DNA of 64,000 bases, taken from IMG/VR virus record IMGVR_UViG_2687453424_000001. One strand, given 5' to 3'. Made by a program: the position numbers and the translations under genes. Source of the DNA: a virus (Duplodnaviria; Heunggongvirae; Uroviricota; Caudoviricetes). The notes under the pieces were generated by a model. That model was not told the DNA's origin and did not search any database. It saw only the letters and a program-made list of their open reading frames with translations. Of the stretch, positions 24,743 to 37,621 are shown piece by piece. Position 1 is the stretch's first letter. Every line of letters begins with the position of its first letter.

Positions 24743-27700
24743 NNNNNNNNNNNNNNNNNNNNNNNNNNNNNNNNNNNNNNNNNNNNNNNNNNNNNNNNNN
24801 NNNNNNNNNNNNNNNNNNNNNNNNNNNNNNNNNNNNNNNNNNNNNNNNNNNNNNNNNNNNNNNNNNNNNNNNNNNNNNNNNNNNNNNNNNNNNNNNNNNN
24901 NNNNNNNNNNNNNNNNNNNNNNNNNNNNNNNNNNNNNNNNNNNNNNNNNNNNNNNNNNNNNNNNNNNNNNNNNNNNNNNNNNNNNNNNNNNNNNNNNNNN
25001 NNNNNNNNNNNNNNNNNNNNNNNNNNNNNNNNNNNNNNNNNNNNNNNNNNNNNNNNNNNNNNNNNNNNNNNNNNNNNNNNNNNNNNNNNNNNNNNNNNNN
25101 NNNNNNNNNNNNNNNNNNNNNNNNNNNNNNNNNNNNNNNNNNNNNNNNNNNNNNNNNNNNNNNNNNNNNNNNNNNNNNNNNNNNNNNNNNNNNNNNNNNN
25201 NNNNNNNNNNNNNNNNNNNNNNNNNNNNNNNNNNNNNNNNNNNNNNNNNNNNNNNNNNNNNNNNNNNNNNNNNNNNNNNNNNNNNNNNNNNNNNNNNNNN
25301 NNNNNNNNNNNNNNNNNNNNNNNNNNNNNNNNNNNNNNNNNNNNNNNNNNNNNNNNNNNNNNNNNNNNNNNNNNNNNNNNNNNNNNNNNNNNNNNNNNNN
25401 NNNNNNNNNNNNNNNNNNNNNNNNNNNNNNNNNNNNNNNNNNNNNNNNNNNNNNNNNNNNNNNNNNNNNNNNNNNNNNNNNNNNNNNNNNNNNNNNNNNN
25501 NNNNNNNNNNNNNNNNNNNNNNNNNNNNNNNNNNNNNNNNNNNNNNNNNNNNNNNNNNNNNNNNNNNNNNNNNNNNNNNNNNNNNNNNNNNNNNNNNNNN
25601 NNNNNNNNNNNNNNNNNNNNNNNNNNNNNNNNNNNNNNNNNNNNNNNNNNNNNNNNNNNNNNNNNNNNNNNNNNNNNNNNNNNNNNNNNNNNNNNNNNNN
25701 NNNNNNNNNNNNNNNNNNNNNNNNNNNNNNNNNNNNNNNNNNNNNNNNNNNNNNNNNNNNNNNNNNNNNNNNNNNNNNNNNNNNNNNNNNNNNNNNNNNN
25801 NNNNNNNNNNNNNNNNNNNNNNNNNNNNNNNNNNNNNNNNNNNNNNNNNNNNNNNNNNNNNNNNNNNNNNNNNNNNNNNNNNNNNNNNNNNNNNNNNNNN
25901 NNNNNNNNNNNNNNNNNNNNNNNNNNNNNNNNNNNNNNNNNNNNNNNNNNNNNNNNNNNNNNNNNNNNNNNNNNNNNNNNNNNNNNNNNNNNNNNNNNNN
26001 NNNNNNNNNNNNNNNNNNNNNNNNNNNNNNNNNNNNNNNNNNNNNNNNNNNNNNNNNNNNNNNNNNNNNNNNNNNNNNNNNNNNNNNNNNNNNNNNNNNN
26101 NNNNNNNNNNNNNNNNNNNNNNNNNNNNNNNNNNNNNNNNNNNNNNNNNNNNNNNNNNNNNNNNNNNNNNNNNNNNNNNNNNNNNNNNNNNNNNNNNNNN
26201 NNNNNNNNNNNNNNNNNNNNNNNNNNNNNNNNNNNNNNNNNNNNNNNNNNNNNNNNNNNNNNNNNNNNNNNNNNNNNNNNNNNNNNNNNNNNNNNNNNNN
26301 NNNNNNNNNNNNNNNNNNNNNNNNNNNNNNNNNNNNNNNNNNNNNNNNNNNNNNNNNNNNNNNNNNNNNNNNNNNNNNNNNNNNNNNNNNNNNNNNNNNN
26401 NNNNNNNNNNNNNNNNNNNNNNNNNNNNNNNNNNNNNNNNNNNNNNNNNNNNNNNNNNNNNNNNNNNNNNNNNNNNNNNNNNNNNNNNNNNNNNNNNNNN
26501 NNNNNNNNNNNNNNNNNNNNNNNNNNNNNNNNNNNNNNNNNNNNNNNNNNNNNNNNNNNNNNNNNNNNNNNNNNNNNNNNNNNNNNNNNNNNNNNNNNNN
26601 NNNNNNNNNNNNNNNNNNNNNNNNNNNNNNNNNNNNNNNNNNNNNNNNNNNNNNNNNNNNNNNNNNNNNNNNNNNNNNNNNNNNNNNNNNNNNNNNNNNN
26701 NNNNNNNNNNNNNNNNNNNNNNNNNNNNNNNNNNNNNNNNNNNNNNNNNNNNNNNNNNNNNNNNNNNNNNNNNNNNNNNNNNNNNNNNNNNNNNNNNNNN
26801 NNNNNNNNNNNNNNNNNNNNNNNNNNNNNNNNNNNNNNNNNNNNNNNNNNNNNNNNNNNNNNNNNNNNNNNNNNNNNNNNNNNNNNNNNNNNNNNNNNNN
26901 NNNNNNNNNNNNNNNNNNNNNNNNNNNNNNNNNNNNNNNNNNNNNNNNNNNNNNNNNNNNNNNNNNNNNNNNNNNNNNNNNNNNNNNNNNNNNNNNNNNN
27001 NNNNNNNNNNNNNNNNNNNNNNNNNNNNNNNNNNNNNNNNNNNNNNNNNNNNNNNNNNNNNNNNNNNNNNNNNNNNNNNNNNNNNNNNNNNNNNNNNNNN
27101 NNNNNNNNNNNNNNNNNNNNNNNNNNNNNNNNNNNNNNNNNNNNNNNNNNNNNNNNNNNNNNNNNNNNNNNNNNNNNNNNNNNNNNNNNNNNNNNNNNNN
27201 NNNNNNNNNNNNNNNNNNNNNNNNNNNNNNNNNNNNNNNNNNNNNNNNNNNNNNNNNNNNNNNNNNNNNNNNNNNNNNNNNNNNNNNNNNNNNNNNNNNN
27301 NNNNNNNNNNNNNNNNNNNNNNNNNNNNNNNNNNNNNNNNNNNNNNNNNNNNNNNNNNNNNNNNNNNNNNNNNNNNNNNNNNNNNNNNNNNNNNNNNNNN
27401 NNNNNNNNNNNNNNNNNNNNNNNNNNNNNNNNNNNNNNNNNNNNNNNNNNNNNNNNNNNNNNNNNNNNNNNNNNNNNNNNNNNNNNNNNNNNNNNNNNNN
27501 NNNNNNNNNNNNNNNNNNNNNNNNNNNNNNNNNNNNNNNNNNNNNNNNNNNNNNNNNNNNNNNNNNNNNNNNNNNNNNNNNNNNNNNNNNNNNNNNNNNN
27601 NNNNNNNNNNNNNNNNNNNNNNNNNNNNNNNNNNNNNNNNNNNNNNNNNNNNNNNNNNNNNNNNNNNNNNNNNNNNNNNNNNNNNNNNNNNNNNNNNNNN

Positions 27701-28502
27701 NNNNNNNNNNNNNNNNNNNNNNNNNNNNNNNNNNNNNNNNNNNNNNNNNNNNNNNNNNNNNNNNNNNNNNNNNNNNNNNNNNNNNNNNNNNNNNNNNNNN
27801 NNNNNNNNNNNNNNNNNNNNNNNNNNNNNNNNNNNNNNNNNNNNNNNNNNNNNNNNNNNNNNNNNNNNNNNNNNNNNNNNNNNNNNNNNNNNNNNNNNNN
27901 NNNNNNNNNNNNNNNNNNNNNNNNNNNNNNNNNNNNNNNNNNNNNNNNNNNNNNNNNNNNNNNNNNNNNNNNNNNNNNNNNNNNNNNNNNNNNNNNNNNN
28001 NNNNNNNNNNNNNNNNNNNNNNNNNNNNNNNNNNNNNNNNNNNNNNNNNNNNNNNNNNNNNNNNNNNNNNNNNNNNNNNNNNNNNNNNNNNNNNNNNNNN
28101 NNNNNNNNNNNNNNNNNNNNNNNNNNNNNNNNNNNNNNNNNNNNNNNNNNNNNNNNNNNNNNNNNNNNNNNNNNNNNNNNNNNNNNNNNNNNNNNNNNNN
28201 NNNNNNNNNNNNNNNNNNNNNNNNNNNNNNNNNNNNNNNNNNNNNNNNNNNNNNNNNNNNNNNNNNNNNNNNNNNNNNNNNNNNNNNNNNNNNNNNNNNN
28301 NNNNNNNNNNNNNNNNNNNNNNNNNNNNNNNNNNNNNNNNNNNNNNNNNNNNNNNNNNNNNNNNNNNNNNNNNNNNNNNNNNNNNNNNNNNNNNNNNNNN
28401 NNNNNNNNNNNNNNNNNNNNNNNNNNNNNNNNNNNNNNNNNNNNNNNNNNNNNNNNNNNNNNNNNNNNNNNNNNNNNNNNNNNNNNNNNNNNNNNNNNNN
28501 NN
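24743..28502. other. Run of N (gap or masked block)
   Basis: All n. Confidence 1.
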
Positions 28503-29171
28503 AATTATTTTAAATTTGAATTTTTATGAATATTGGTAATTAAATTTGAATGTTAAATATATTAATTGAATTCGGGTAAACTATATAATTAAATTTTAAT
28601 GGAATTCGGGCATCTATTTGGTGATATTCTTTAAGTCTTTCTTAAAAAAAAGAAAAACAATTAAGGGCAAATAAAGTACAATTAATTATTTGCCATTAAC
28701 AGCTTAAAATAATCAAATGCGGAGAAAGACTGCTGTGCCGCTACTTCCAACGAATGAATGGAAACCCGCCTTCCCACGTCAGCACACTTTCCCCGAACCG
28801 GGGTTTTCGCATAGCGAAATTGCGTGGCCTCCAACCCTACTATACACTATGTCTGAATCTCCTTTTAAGATTGCTTGAAACCTCTATCTCCACCGTCCGA
28901 TGGAAATATCATTTACCAGGATGAACATCGTAGGCCAAATCAGGAAGAGTGTACGTAAACTAACCCACAGGGTAAGTCTCCTCACTTCCAAGCAAGAACC
29001 ATTCAAAACTCTCGTCTACTTAAACCTATCTCTCGCCACCTTCTCTGCTTCGCCTCTTCTCTCCCAATTCCTTCAATTATCTTCTATTTGGGTTTTGTTT
29101 TTGGATTTTGATCTTTCCATTTGCAAAGGAAAAAAGCTCGTCTCTCTTTCTGTTTCTGTAGCTTTTTGGGT

Positions 29172-30101
29172 ATGGCAGGAACCGGGGTGGTTGCTGTTTA
29201 TGGAAACGGGGCGATAACCGAAACCCACAAGTCTCCTTTCTCAGTGAAAGTTGGGTTGGCGCAAATGCTCCGAGGCGGGGTCATCATGGACGTGGTCACC
29301 CCGGAACAAGCCCGCATCGCTGAAGAAGCGGGAGCCTGCGCCGTCATGGCTCTCGAGCGAGTCCCGGCCGATATCCGAGCTCAAGGCGGTGTGGCCCGAA
29401 TGAGTGATCCACAACTCATCAAGGAAATTAAGCAAGCGGTTACTATCCCCGTCATGGCTAAGGCCCGTATTGGTCATTTCGTTGAGGCCCAGATCCTTGA
29501 AGCCATCGGAATCGATTATGTTGACGAGAGCGAAGTGCTTACCCCAGCCGACGAAGAGAACCACATTAACAAACATAATTTTCGGATTCCTTTCGTTTGC
29601 GGGTGTCGGAATTTGGGGGAAGCGCTTCGGAGGATCCGGGAAGGAGCTGCTATGATTCGAACCAAAGGAGAAGCTGGGACCGGCAACATTATCGAAGCCG
29701 TTAGGCACGTGAGGTCCGTGATGGGAGACATTAGGGTGCTTAGAAACATGGATGATGATGAGGTTTTCAGCTTCGCTAAGAAAATTCAGTCCCCATACGA
29801 TTTGGTCATGCAGACGAAGCAACTGGGGAGGTTGCCCGTGGTGCACTTTGCTGCCGGAGGAGTGGCGACGCCGGCTGATGCGGCGTTGATGATGCAGTTG
29901 GGCTGCGATGGAGTGTTTGTGGGGTCTGGGGTTTTTAAGAGTGGTGACCCGGCGAGACGGGCCCGGGCTATTGTCCAGGCCGTCACTCATTATAGTGACC
30001 CGGACGTGCTTGCTGAAGTTAGCTGTGGGCTTGGTGAGGCTATGGTTGGTCTTAATTTGAATGATAAGAAGGTTGAGAGGTTCGCGGCTCGGTCTGAATA
30101 A
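29172..30101 (+). CDS. PDX1: Pyridoxal 5'-phosphate synthase subunit PDX1 (vitamin B6 biosynthesis), intronless, 309 aa
   Basis: Single [83 protein letters not shown]...[20 protein letters not shown], the highly conserved PDX1/SNZ/PdxS sequence. Plant PDX1 genes are characteristically intronless. Confidence 0.92.
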   Translation: MAGTGVVAVYGNGAITETHKSPFSVKVGLAQMLRGGVIMDVVTPEQARIAEEAGACAVMALERVPADIRAQGGVARMSDPQLIKEIKQAVTIPVMAKARIGHFVEAQILEAIGIDYVDESEVLTPADEENHINKHNFRIPFVCGCRNLGEALRRIREGAAMIRTKGEAGTGNIIEAVRHVRSVMGDIRVLRNMDDDEVFSFAKKIQSPYDLVMQTKQLGRLPVVHFAAGGVATPADAALMMQLGCDGVFVGSGVFKSGDPARRARAIVQAVTHYSDPDVLAEVSCGLGEAMVGLNLNDKKVERFAARSE

Positions 30102-31817
30102 TGTGTTTGAAGCTTTTCGGGCTACGTGGAGGTGAGAAATTCCACTGTTATTATATTTAATTTTTGTCTTTTTTAAGCGTTTAAGCTTGAAAATTTGATG
30201 GTATATAATGTATTTGATTTTTAAGTTGAATAATTTTTGTCTAGTAGTGAACTTTCTACTGTTCTTTTATTGGTTTTTGTATGTCAAATTTCTGAATTGG
30301 GAAATGGATTGGGTTATTAGCCGTGAATGGGGTATGACTGCTTTGTTTCTCTTTGGTGACATCAATGGTGATTCTTTATGCAAATAGTAAAGCTGCCTGC
30401 TAAAGTGATGAGTTTTTGAGAGATACTTGGCTTTCCTGTTCTTTTCGTATTGTTTACGCATACATAGCTTTGGATTCTACTATACTTTCCCGATTTTCAA
30501 CATAGTTTGGTGACGATTTGGACTGCACCATTTTGATTATAATAAGTTGTTGATGCATTTCATTGAACTTCTACTGTGATGTTTTGTTGTCATATTCTTT
30601 TGTTACAATTTTGAAGTAGTTGGGAGGTAGTGATTGATAGCAAAAGGTGACTTGATGTTACTGGATTTTGACATAAATGATACTACTATAACATGCTTCC
30701 AAAGTGATGCTTGTAGTTAGTTGAGCTTCTGAATGTGAAGTCATTTATTCATTCCTCCCAATTTGTCCACTTGATGCTGGTATATTGGATTTTTGTTGTT
30801 AGTTTTTTGCTTTCTGCCGAATGCTTCATACGTTACTTGCTTTTGATATTTGAGCAATGTTTTGAAGCATTCATCATTGTGGAGAGGTTTTGATTGCCTT
30901 TGCAGGAATCCTTTCACCATGGGACTGGTACCATCGCCTGCATTATGTGCACTTTTTCCAGATTATGCAAGTCAAAAGTGTAGTTTTTGATACAGTGGGG
31001 TGTACCTTTATGTCTAAATGGATGTTTTCGATAAACTCTGCTGTTTCGTTATCTCTTTTAAGATTGCTAGGAATTATAACAGCTTGTCTCTGCATTCTGC
31101 AAGTATACTCATGTAATTTTTCGTTAATTAGGCTCTACAGAAACTTTACCTGCATTTTCAGATGGTATTGGTCCATGGTTTAAGTGGCTTTGCTGGTTAC
31201 CAAATTTTCTTTTTGTTCCATCTTGATGCATGTATGCTATCCTACCTGCTGAATAAAATTTTCCATTACTTGGTCATCTAGCCTGTAATTATTTTTGTTG
31301 CTGGTAGCCCCCTGGTTTTTCCTCCTAGGAGAATCTCCCTGATGAAAAGCATACAAGACTAGTGCATAGACACTTCATATACTGTTTTAATTGAGATGAG
31401 TTATAGCCTTATTTTCAAACCCGAAAACCAGATCTGATCTGAAATTAGCTTGAACCTGAAATGACTTTGAACTTGTAATGTTCTGAATCTATAATTCAAA
31501 ACGATCCAATCTACTTCTTCTAACAGAAATGAGATTCCTACTTTAATAAGCCATTTCTCTCAACTAAACATGTAAACATGTTGTAATTGGGGATGACGGA
31601 CGGAAAGGTGGGTGGGGTTATGTGCTGCTGGTTTTAAACAAGATTTCCCCATTAAAACATGTTGCGAAGAAGAGGCATATGAATTCAATAAAAAGATCTC
31701 AGAACTCTGAAGCTAACATGAGCGAATTACAACAAACAGAAACTTGCTGATTAGCAAGGCTCGTAACTACTTCACAATTAGTAAAAACTTGAGCAGAAAC
31801 GACTCTAGCTCCTCAAA

Positions 31818-32550
31818 TTACTCTTTGCCCACGGCTTGTAAGAGAAGGAGCAATTGAAAAAAGTAGTACGAAGCACCCCCAAGCGTAGCATATTGCAACT
31901 TTTCAGGTCCTTCCACTTCCGGGAAATCACCATCTGCAGCACGATTGAATCCTCCGGCCAACCACCCCAAGTTCTTGTATCCTCCCTCGTATAACTTTGA
32001 AGTTGCCATCATGGACCTAATTAAGAACATCAAAACAAGTTAGTCGTAAGATGAACAGCCGCACCATAATCGGATGGCTGGCATGAAATTCTCACCTGAG
32101 CCCTTCGCCACAAGCTACAAGCAGCTTAGCATCCTTGTCAGGAACAGCAGCTTCTACCTCCCGGATGAAATTAGGATTAATCATGGTAAAGTTTTGGCCA
32201 GTCCACAGGCCAATGTAGCCAAAATGAACCCACTTCTTCAAAAGAGTAATGGGACTATTGTCCATGTCCTTGACGAAGAGGGGCACGTGAACTGACCCTT
32301 TGACGTGCGCTTTTTCTCGCTCCCACTCGGGTCTGATGTCAAGTAACCTGAACCCCTCGGAATTCATGGCCGTAGCTGCGTCCTTCGGCGGTATAGGCTT
32401 CACCTCCCCCGACTGAATTAGCTGCAGGGCGTTGCTTGACGCGGCAGCCACCCTAAAGGTTCGGGTTTTTGAGGAAGTGAAGAAAGGCGGCTGCGGTTGC
32501 TTCTCTTGCTTCAGCGTTGATGCCCGGAAGTGGTTCAGTTGAATCGCCAT
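31818..32550 (-). CDS. Rhodanese-like domain-containing protein (sulfurtransferase STR9/STR10-like, probably plastid-targeted), 2 exons, about 217 aa
   Basis: Exon 1 32096-32550 (MAIQLNHFRAS...FRLLDIRPEWEREKAHVKGSVHVPLF...KLLVACGEGL), GT donor at 32095; exon 2 31818-32016 (RSMMATSKLYEGGYKNLGWLAGGFNRAADGDFPEV...). The active-site region CxxGxR and the DxR motif are present. Ser/Thr-rich N-terminus suggests a transit peptide. The 3' end is less certain. Confidence 0.7.
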
Positions 32551-33221
32551 CTTTTTTTCTCTTATCCTGAAAATAGTTTGTCTTTCTTCACTTCTAAAGC
32601 TTTGTTGGAGCTTGGAGGAGCCCACGACGGTTTTTTGTCAATGGTTTTGTTTTTTCAACATTCGCCCCTTGAGTTTTGTATTATTCTGAAATTGACCCAC
32701 CAAAGTTTTGTTTTTCTGAGGCAACCCACCAAAGTTATTTGAGGCTCAATTTTATGTCAGCAATGATATCTATGTCCCTTCAGGATAAACGCATTAATTT
32801 ATTATAAGAGAATAAATTGTCTGAATTGAAGTACACATTATTTGGCATAAATTTTGTAAAAATCTTTATATTATACTTATTTATTTAAGTAAACCCTTAA
32901 CATTTTATTACATTCAATTAATTCATTTATTTTTATTTTAAATCAAATAAAAATTTTAATTTAATAAAAATGCATTCACAATTAGATTTAATACCAATTG
33001 TTTTTTTAATCACATGACATATAATTTAATTATTTGTAATTACGTCGTAGAATTAGAATTAAGAAAATGATTGATGGATGTAACTTTTTTTTTCATTTTA
33101 ATTTGTGATAAAAATATATAATTCTAAACTTCACTTGTTGATATCATAAACTTCAAATTACACACAAATTTTATTTTAAGACTATCTTTTTTTCTATGTT
33201 TTTCTTAATTCTATAAAATTT

Positions 33222-36200
33222 NNNNNNNNNNNNNNNNNNNNNNNNNNNNNNNNNNNNNNNNNNNNNNNNNNNNNNNNNNNNNNNNNNNNNNNNNNNNNNN
33301 NNNNNNNNNNNNNNNNNNNNNNNNNNNNNNNNNNNNNNNNNNNNNNNNNNNNNNNNNNNNNNNNNNNNNNNNNNNNNNNNNNNNNNNNNNNNNNNNNNNN
33401 NNNNNNNNNNNNNNNNNNNNNNNNNNNNNNNNNNNNNNNNNNNNNNNNNNNNNNNNNNNNNNNNNNNNNNNNNNNNNNNNNNNNNNNNNNNNNNNNNNNN
33501 NNNNNNNNNNNNNNNNNNNNNNNNNNNNNNNNNNNNNNNNNNNNNNNNNNNNNNNNNNNNNNNNNNNNNNNNNNNNNNNNNNNNNNNNNNNNNNNNNNNN
33601 NNNNNNNNNNNNNNNNNNNNNNNNNNNNNNNNNNNNNNNNNNNNNNNNNNNNNNNNNNNNNNNNNNNNNNNNNNNNNNNNNNNNNNNNNNNNNNNNNNNN
33701 NNNNNNNNNNNNNNNNNNNNNNNNNNNNNNNNNNNNNNNNNNNNNNNNNNNNNNNNNNNNNNNNNNNNNNNNNNNNNNNNNNNNNNNNNNNNNNNNNNNN
33801 NNNNNNNNNNNNNNNNNNNNNNNNNNNNNNNNNNNNNNNNNNNNNNNNNNNNNNNNNNNNNNNNNNNNNNNNNNNNNNNNNNNNNNNNNNNNNNNNNNNN
33901 NNNNNNNNNNNNNNNNNNNNNNNNNNNNNNNNNNNNNNNNNNNNNNNNNNNNNNNNNNNNNNNNNNNNNNNNNNNNNNNNNNNNNNNNNNNNNNNNNNNN
34001 NNNNNNNNNNNNNNNNNNNNNNNNNNNNNNNNNNNNNNNNNNNNNNNNNNNNNNNNNNNNNNNNNNNNNNNNNNNNNNNNNNNNNNNNNNNNNNNNNNNN
34101 NNNNNNNNNNNNNNNNNNNNNNNNNNNNNNNNNNNNNNNNNNNNNNNNNNNNNNNNNNNNNNNNNNNNNNNNNNNNNNNNNNNNNNNNNNNNNNNNNNNN
34201 NNNNNNNNNNNNNNNNNNNNNNNNNNNNNNNNNNNNNNNNNNNNNNNNNNNNNNNNNNNNNNNNNNNNNNNNNNNNNNNNNNNNNNNNNNNNNNNNNNNN
34301 NNNNNNNNNNNNNNNNNNNNNNNNNNNNNNNNNNNNNNNNNNNNNNNNNNNNNNNNNNNNNNNNNNNNNNNNNNNNNNNNNNNNNNNNNNNNNNNNNNNN
34401 NNNNNNNNNNNNNNNNNNNNNNNNNNNNNNNNNNNNNNNNNNNNNNNNNNNNNNNNNNNNNNNNNNNNNNNNNNNNNNNNNNNNNNNNNNNNNNNNNNNN
34501 NNNNNNNNNNNNNNNNNNNNNNNNNNNNNNNNNNNNNNNNNNNNNNNNNNNNNNNNNNNNNNNNNNNNNNNNNNNNNNNNNNNNNNNNNNNNNNNNNNNN
34601 NNNNNNNNNNNNNNNNNNNNNNNNNNNNNNNNNNNNNNNNNNNNNNNNNNNNNNNNNNNNNNNNNNNNNNNNNNNNNNNNNNNNNNNNNNNNNNNNNNNN
34701 NNNNNNNNNNNNNNNNNNNNNNNNNNNNNNNNNNNNNNNNNNNNNNNNNNNNNNNNNNNNNNNNNNNNNNNNNNNNNNNNNNNNNNNNNNNNNNNNNNNN
34801 NNNNNNNNNNNNNNNNNNNNNNNNNNNNNNNNNNNNNNNNNNNNNNNNNNNNNNNNNNNNNNNNNNNNNNNNNNNNNNNNNNNNNNNNNNNNNNNNNNNN
34901 NNNNNNNNNNNNNNNNNNNNNNNNNNNNNNNNNNNNNNNNNNNNNNNNNNNNNNNNNNNNNNNNNNNNNNNNNNNNNNNNNNNNNNNNNNNNNNNNNNNN
35001 NNNNNNNNNNNNNNNNNNNNNNNNNNNNNNNNNNNNNNNNNNNNNNNNNNNNNNNNNNNNNNNNNNNNNNNNNNNNNNNNNNNNNNNNNNNNNNNNNNNN
35101 NNNNNNNNNNNNNNNNNNNNNNNNNNNNNNNNNNNNNNNNNNNNNNNNNNNNNNNNNNNNNNNNNNNNNNNNNNNNNNNNNNNNNNNNNNNNNNNNNNNN
35201 NNNNNNNNNNNNNNNNNNNNNNNNNNNNNNNNNNNNNNNNNNNNNNNNNNNNNNNNNNNNNNNNNNNNNNNNNNNNNNNNNNNNNNNNNNNNNNNNNNNN
35301 NNNNNNNNNNNNNNNNNNNNNNNNNNNNNNNNNNNNNNNNNNNNNNNNNNNNNNNNNNNNNNNNNNNNNNNNNNNNNNNNNNNNNNNNNNNNNNNNNNNN
35401 NNNNNNNNNNNNNNNNNNNNNNNNNNNNNNNNNNNNNNNNNNNNNNNNNNNNNNNNNNNNNNNNNNNNNNNNNNNNNNNNNNNNNNNNNNNNNNNNNNNN
35501 NNNNNNNNNNNNNNNNNNNNNNNNNNNNNNNNNNNNNNNNNNNNNNNNNNNNNNNNNNNNNNNNNNNNNNNNNNNNNNNNNNNNNNNNNNNNNNNNNNNN
35601 NNNNNNNNNNNNNNNNNNNNNNNNNNNNNNNNNNNNNNNNNNNNNNNNNNNNNNNNNNNNNNNNNNNNNNNNNNNNNNNNNNNNNNNNNNNNNNNNNNNN
35701 NNNNNNNNNNNNNNNNNNNNNNNNNNNNNNNNNNNNNNNNNNNNNNNNNNNNNNNNNNNNNNNNNNNNNNNNNNNNNNNNNNNNNNNNNNNNNNNNNNNN
35801 NNNNNNNNNNNNNNNNNNNNNNNNNNNNNNNNNNNNNNNNNNNNNNNNNNNNNNNNNNNNNNNNNNNNNNNNNNNNNNNNNNNNNNNNNNNNNNNNNNNN
35901 NNNNNNNNNNNNNNNNNNNNNNNNNNNNNNNNNNNNNNNNNNNNNNNNNNNNNNNNNNNNNNNNNNNNNNNNNNNNNNNNNNNNNNNNNNNNNNNNNNNN
36001 NNNNNNNNNNNNNNNNNNNNNNNNNNNNNNNNNNNNNNNNNNNNNNNNNNNNNNNNNNNNNNNNNNNNNNNNNNNNNNNNNNNNNNNNNNNNNNNNNNNN
36101 NNNNNNNNNNNNNNNNNNNNNNNNNNNNNNNNNNNNNNNNNNNNNNNNNNNNNNNNNNNNNNNNNNNNNNNNNNNNNNNNNNNNNNNNNNNNNNNNNNNN

Positions 36201-37506
36201 NNNNNNNNNNNNNNNNNNNNNNNNNNNNNNNNNNNNNNNNNNNNNNNNNNNNNNNNNNNNNNNNNNNNNNNNNNNNNNNNNNNNNNNNNNNNNNNNNNNN
36301 NNNNNNNNNNNNNNNNNNNNNNNNNNNNNNNNNNNNNNNNNNNNNNNNNNNNNNNNNNNNNNNNNNNNNNNNNNNNNNNNNNNNNNNNNNNNNNNNNNNN
36401 NNNNNNNNNNNNNNNNNNNNNNNNNNNNNNNNNNNNNNNNNNNNNNNNNNNNNNNNNNNNNNNNNNNNNNNNNNNNNNNNNNNNNNNNNNNNNNNNNNNN
36501 NNNNNNNNNNNNNNNNNNNNNNNNNNNNNNNNNNNNNNNNNNNNNNNNNNNNNNNNNNNNNNNNNNNNNNNNNNNNNNNNNNNNNNNNNNNNNNNNNNNN
36601 NNNNNNNNNNNNNNNNNNNNNNNNNNNNNNNNNNNNNNNNNNNNNNNNNNNNNNNNNNNNNNNNNNNNNNNNNNNNNNNNNNNNNNNNNNNNNNNNNNNN
36701 NNNNNNNNNNNNNNNNNNNNNNNNNNNNNNNNNNNNNNNNNNNNNNNNNNNNNNNNNNNNNNNNNNNNNNNNNNNNNNNNNNNNNNNNNNNNNNNNNNNN
36801 NNNNNNNNNNNNNNNNNNNNNNNNNNNNNNNNNNNNNNNNNNNNNNNNNNNNNNNNNNNNNNNNNNNNNNNNNNNNNNNNNNNNNNNNNNNNNNNNNNNN
36901 NNNNNNNNNNNNNNNNNNNNNNNNNNNNNNNNNNNNNNNNNNNNNNNNNNNNNNNNNNNNNNNNNNNNNNNNNNNNNNNNNNNNNNNNNNNNNNNNNNNN
37001 NNNNNNNNNNNNNNNNNNNNNNNNNNNNNNNNNNNNNNNNNNNNNNNNNNNNNNNNNNNNNNNNNNNNNNNNNNNNNNNNNNNNNNNNNNNNNNNNNNNN
37101 NNNNNNNNNNNNNNNNNNNNNNNNNNNNNNNNNNNNNNNNNNNNNNNNNNNNNNNNNNNNNNNNNNNNNNNNNNNNNNNNNNNNNNNNNNNNNNNNNNNN
37201 NNNNNNNNNNNNNNNNNNNNNNNNNNNNNNNNNNNNNNNNNNNNNNNNNNNNNNNNNNNNNNNNNNNNNNNNNNNNNNNNNNNNNNNNNNNNNNNNNNNN
37301 NNNNNNNNNNNNNNNNNNNNNNNNNNNNNNNNNNNNNNNNNNNNNNNNNNNNNNNNNNNNNNNNNNNNNNNNNNNNNNNNNNNNNNNNNNNNNNNNNNNN
37401 NNNNNNNNNNNNNNNNNNNNNNNNNNNNNNNNNNNNNNNNNNNNNNNNNNNNNNNNNNNNNNNNNNNNNNNNNNNNNNNNNNNNNNNNNNNNNNNNNNNN
37501 NNNNNN
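33222..37506. other. Run of N (gap or masked block)
   Basis: All n. Confidence 1.
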
Positions 37507-37621
37507 CCAATCGCTTCCTCCAATTGAAATCAACAACTAAAACAAACAAACAAACAAAAAATAGCCTTCATGAAATAAAACGGTGAATTGTTACGGTTTC
37601 TTTTTTCTAGTTTTCTTTGTA

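Noticed and set aside
29241-29990. 249-aa minus-strand ORF antisense to PDX1
   Set aside because: Lies entirely inside the highly conserved PDX1 CDS on the opposite strand; the translation is low-complexity (Pro/Ser/His-rich) with no recognisable domain. Typical shadow ORF of a GC-rich coding region.
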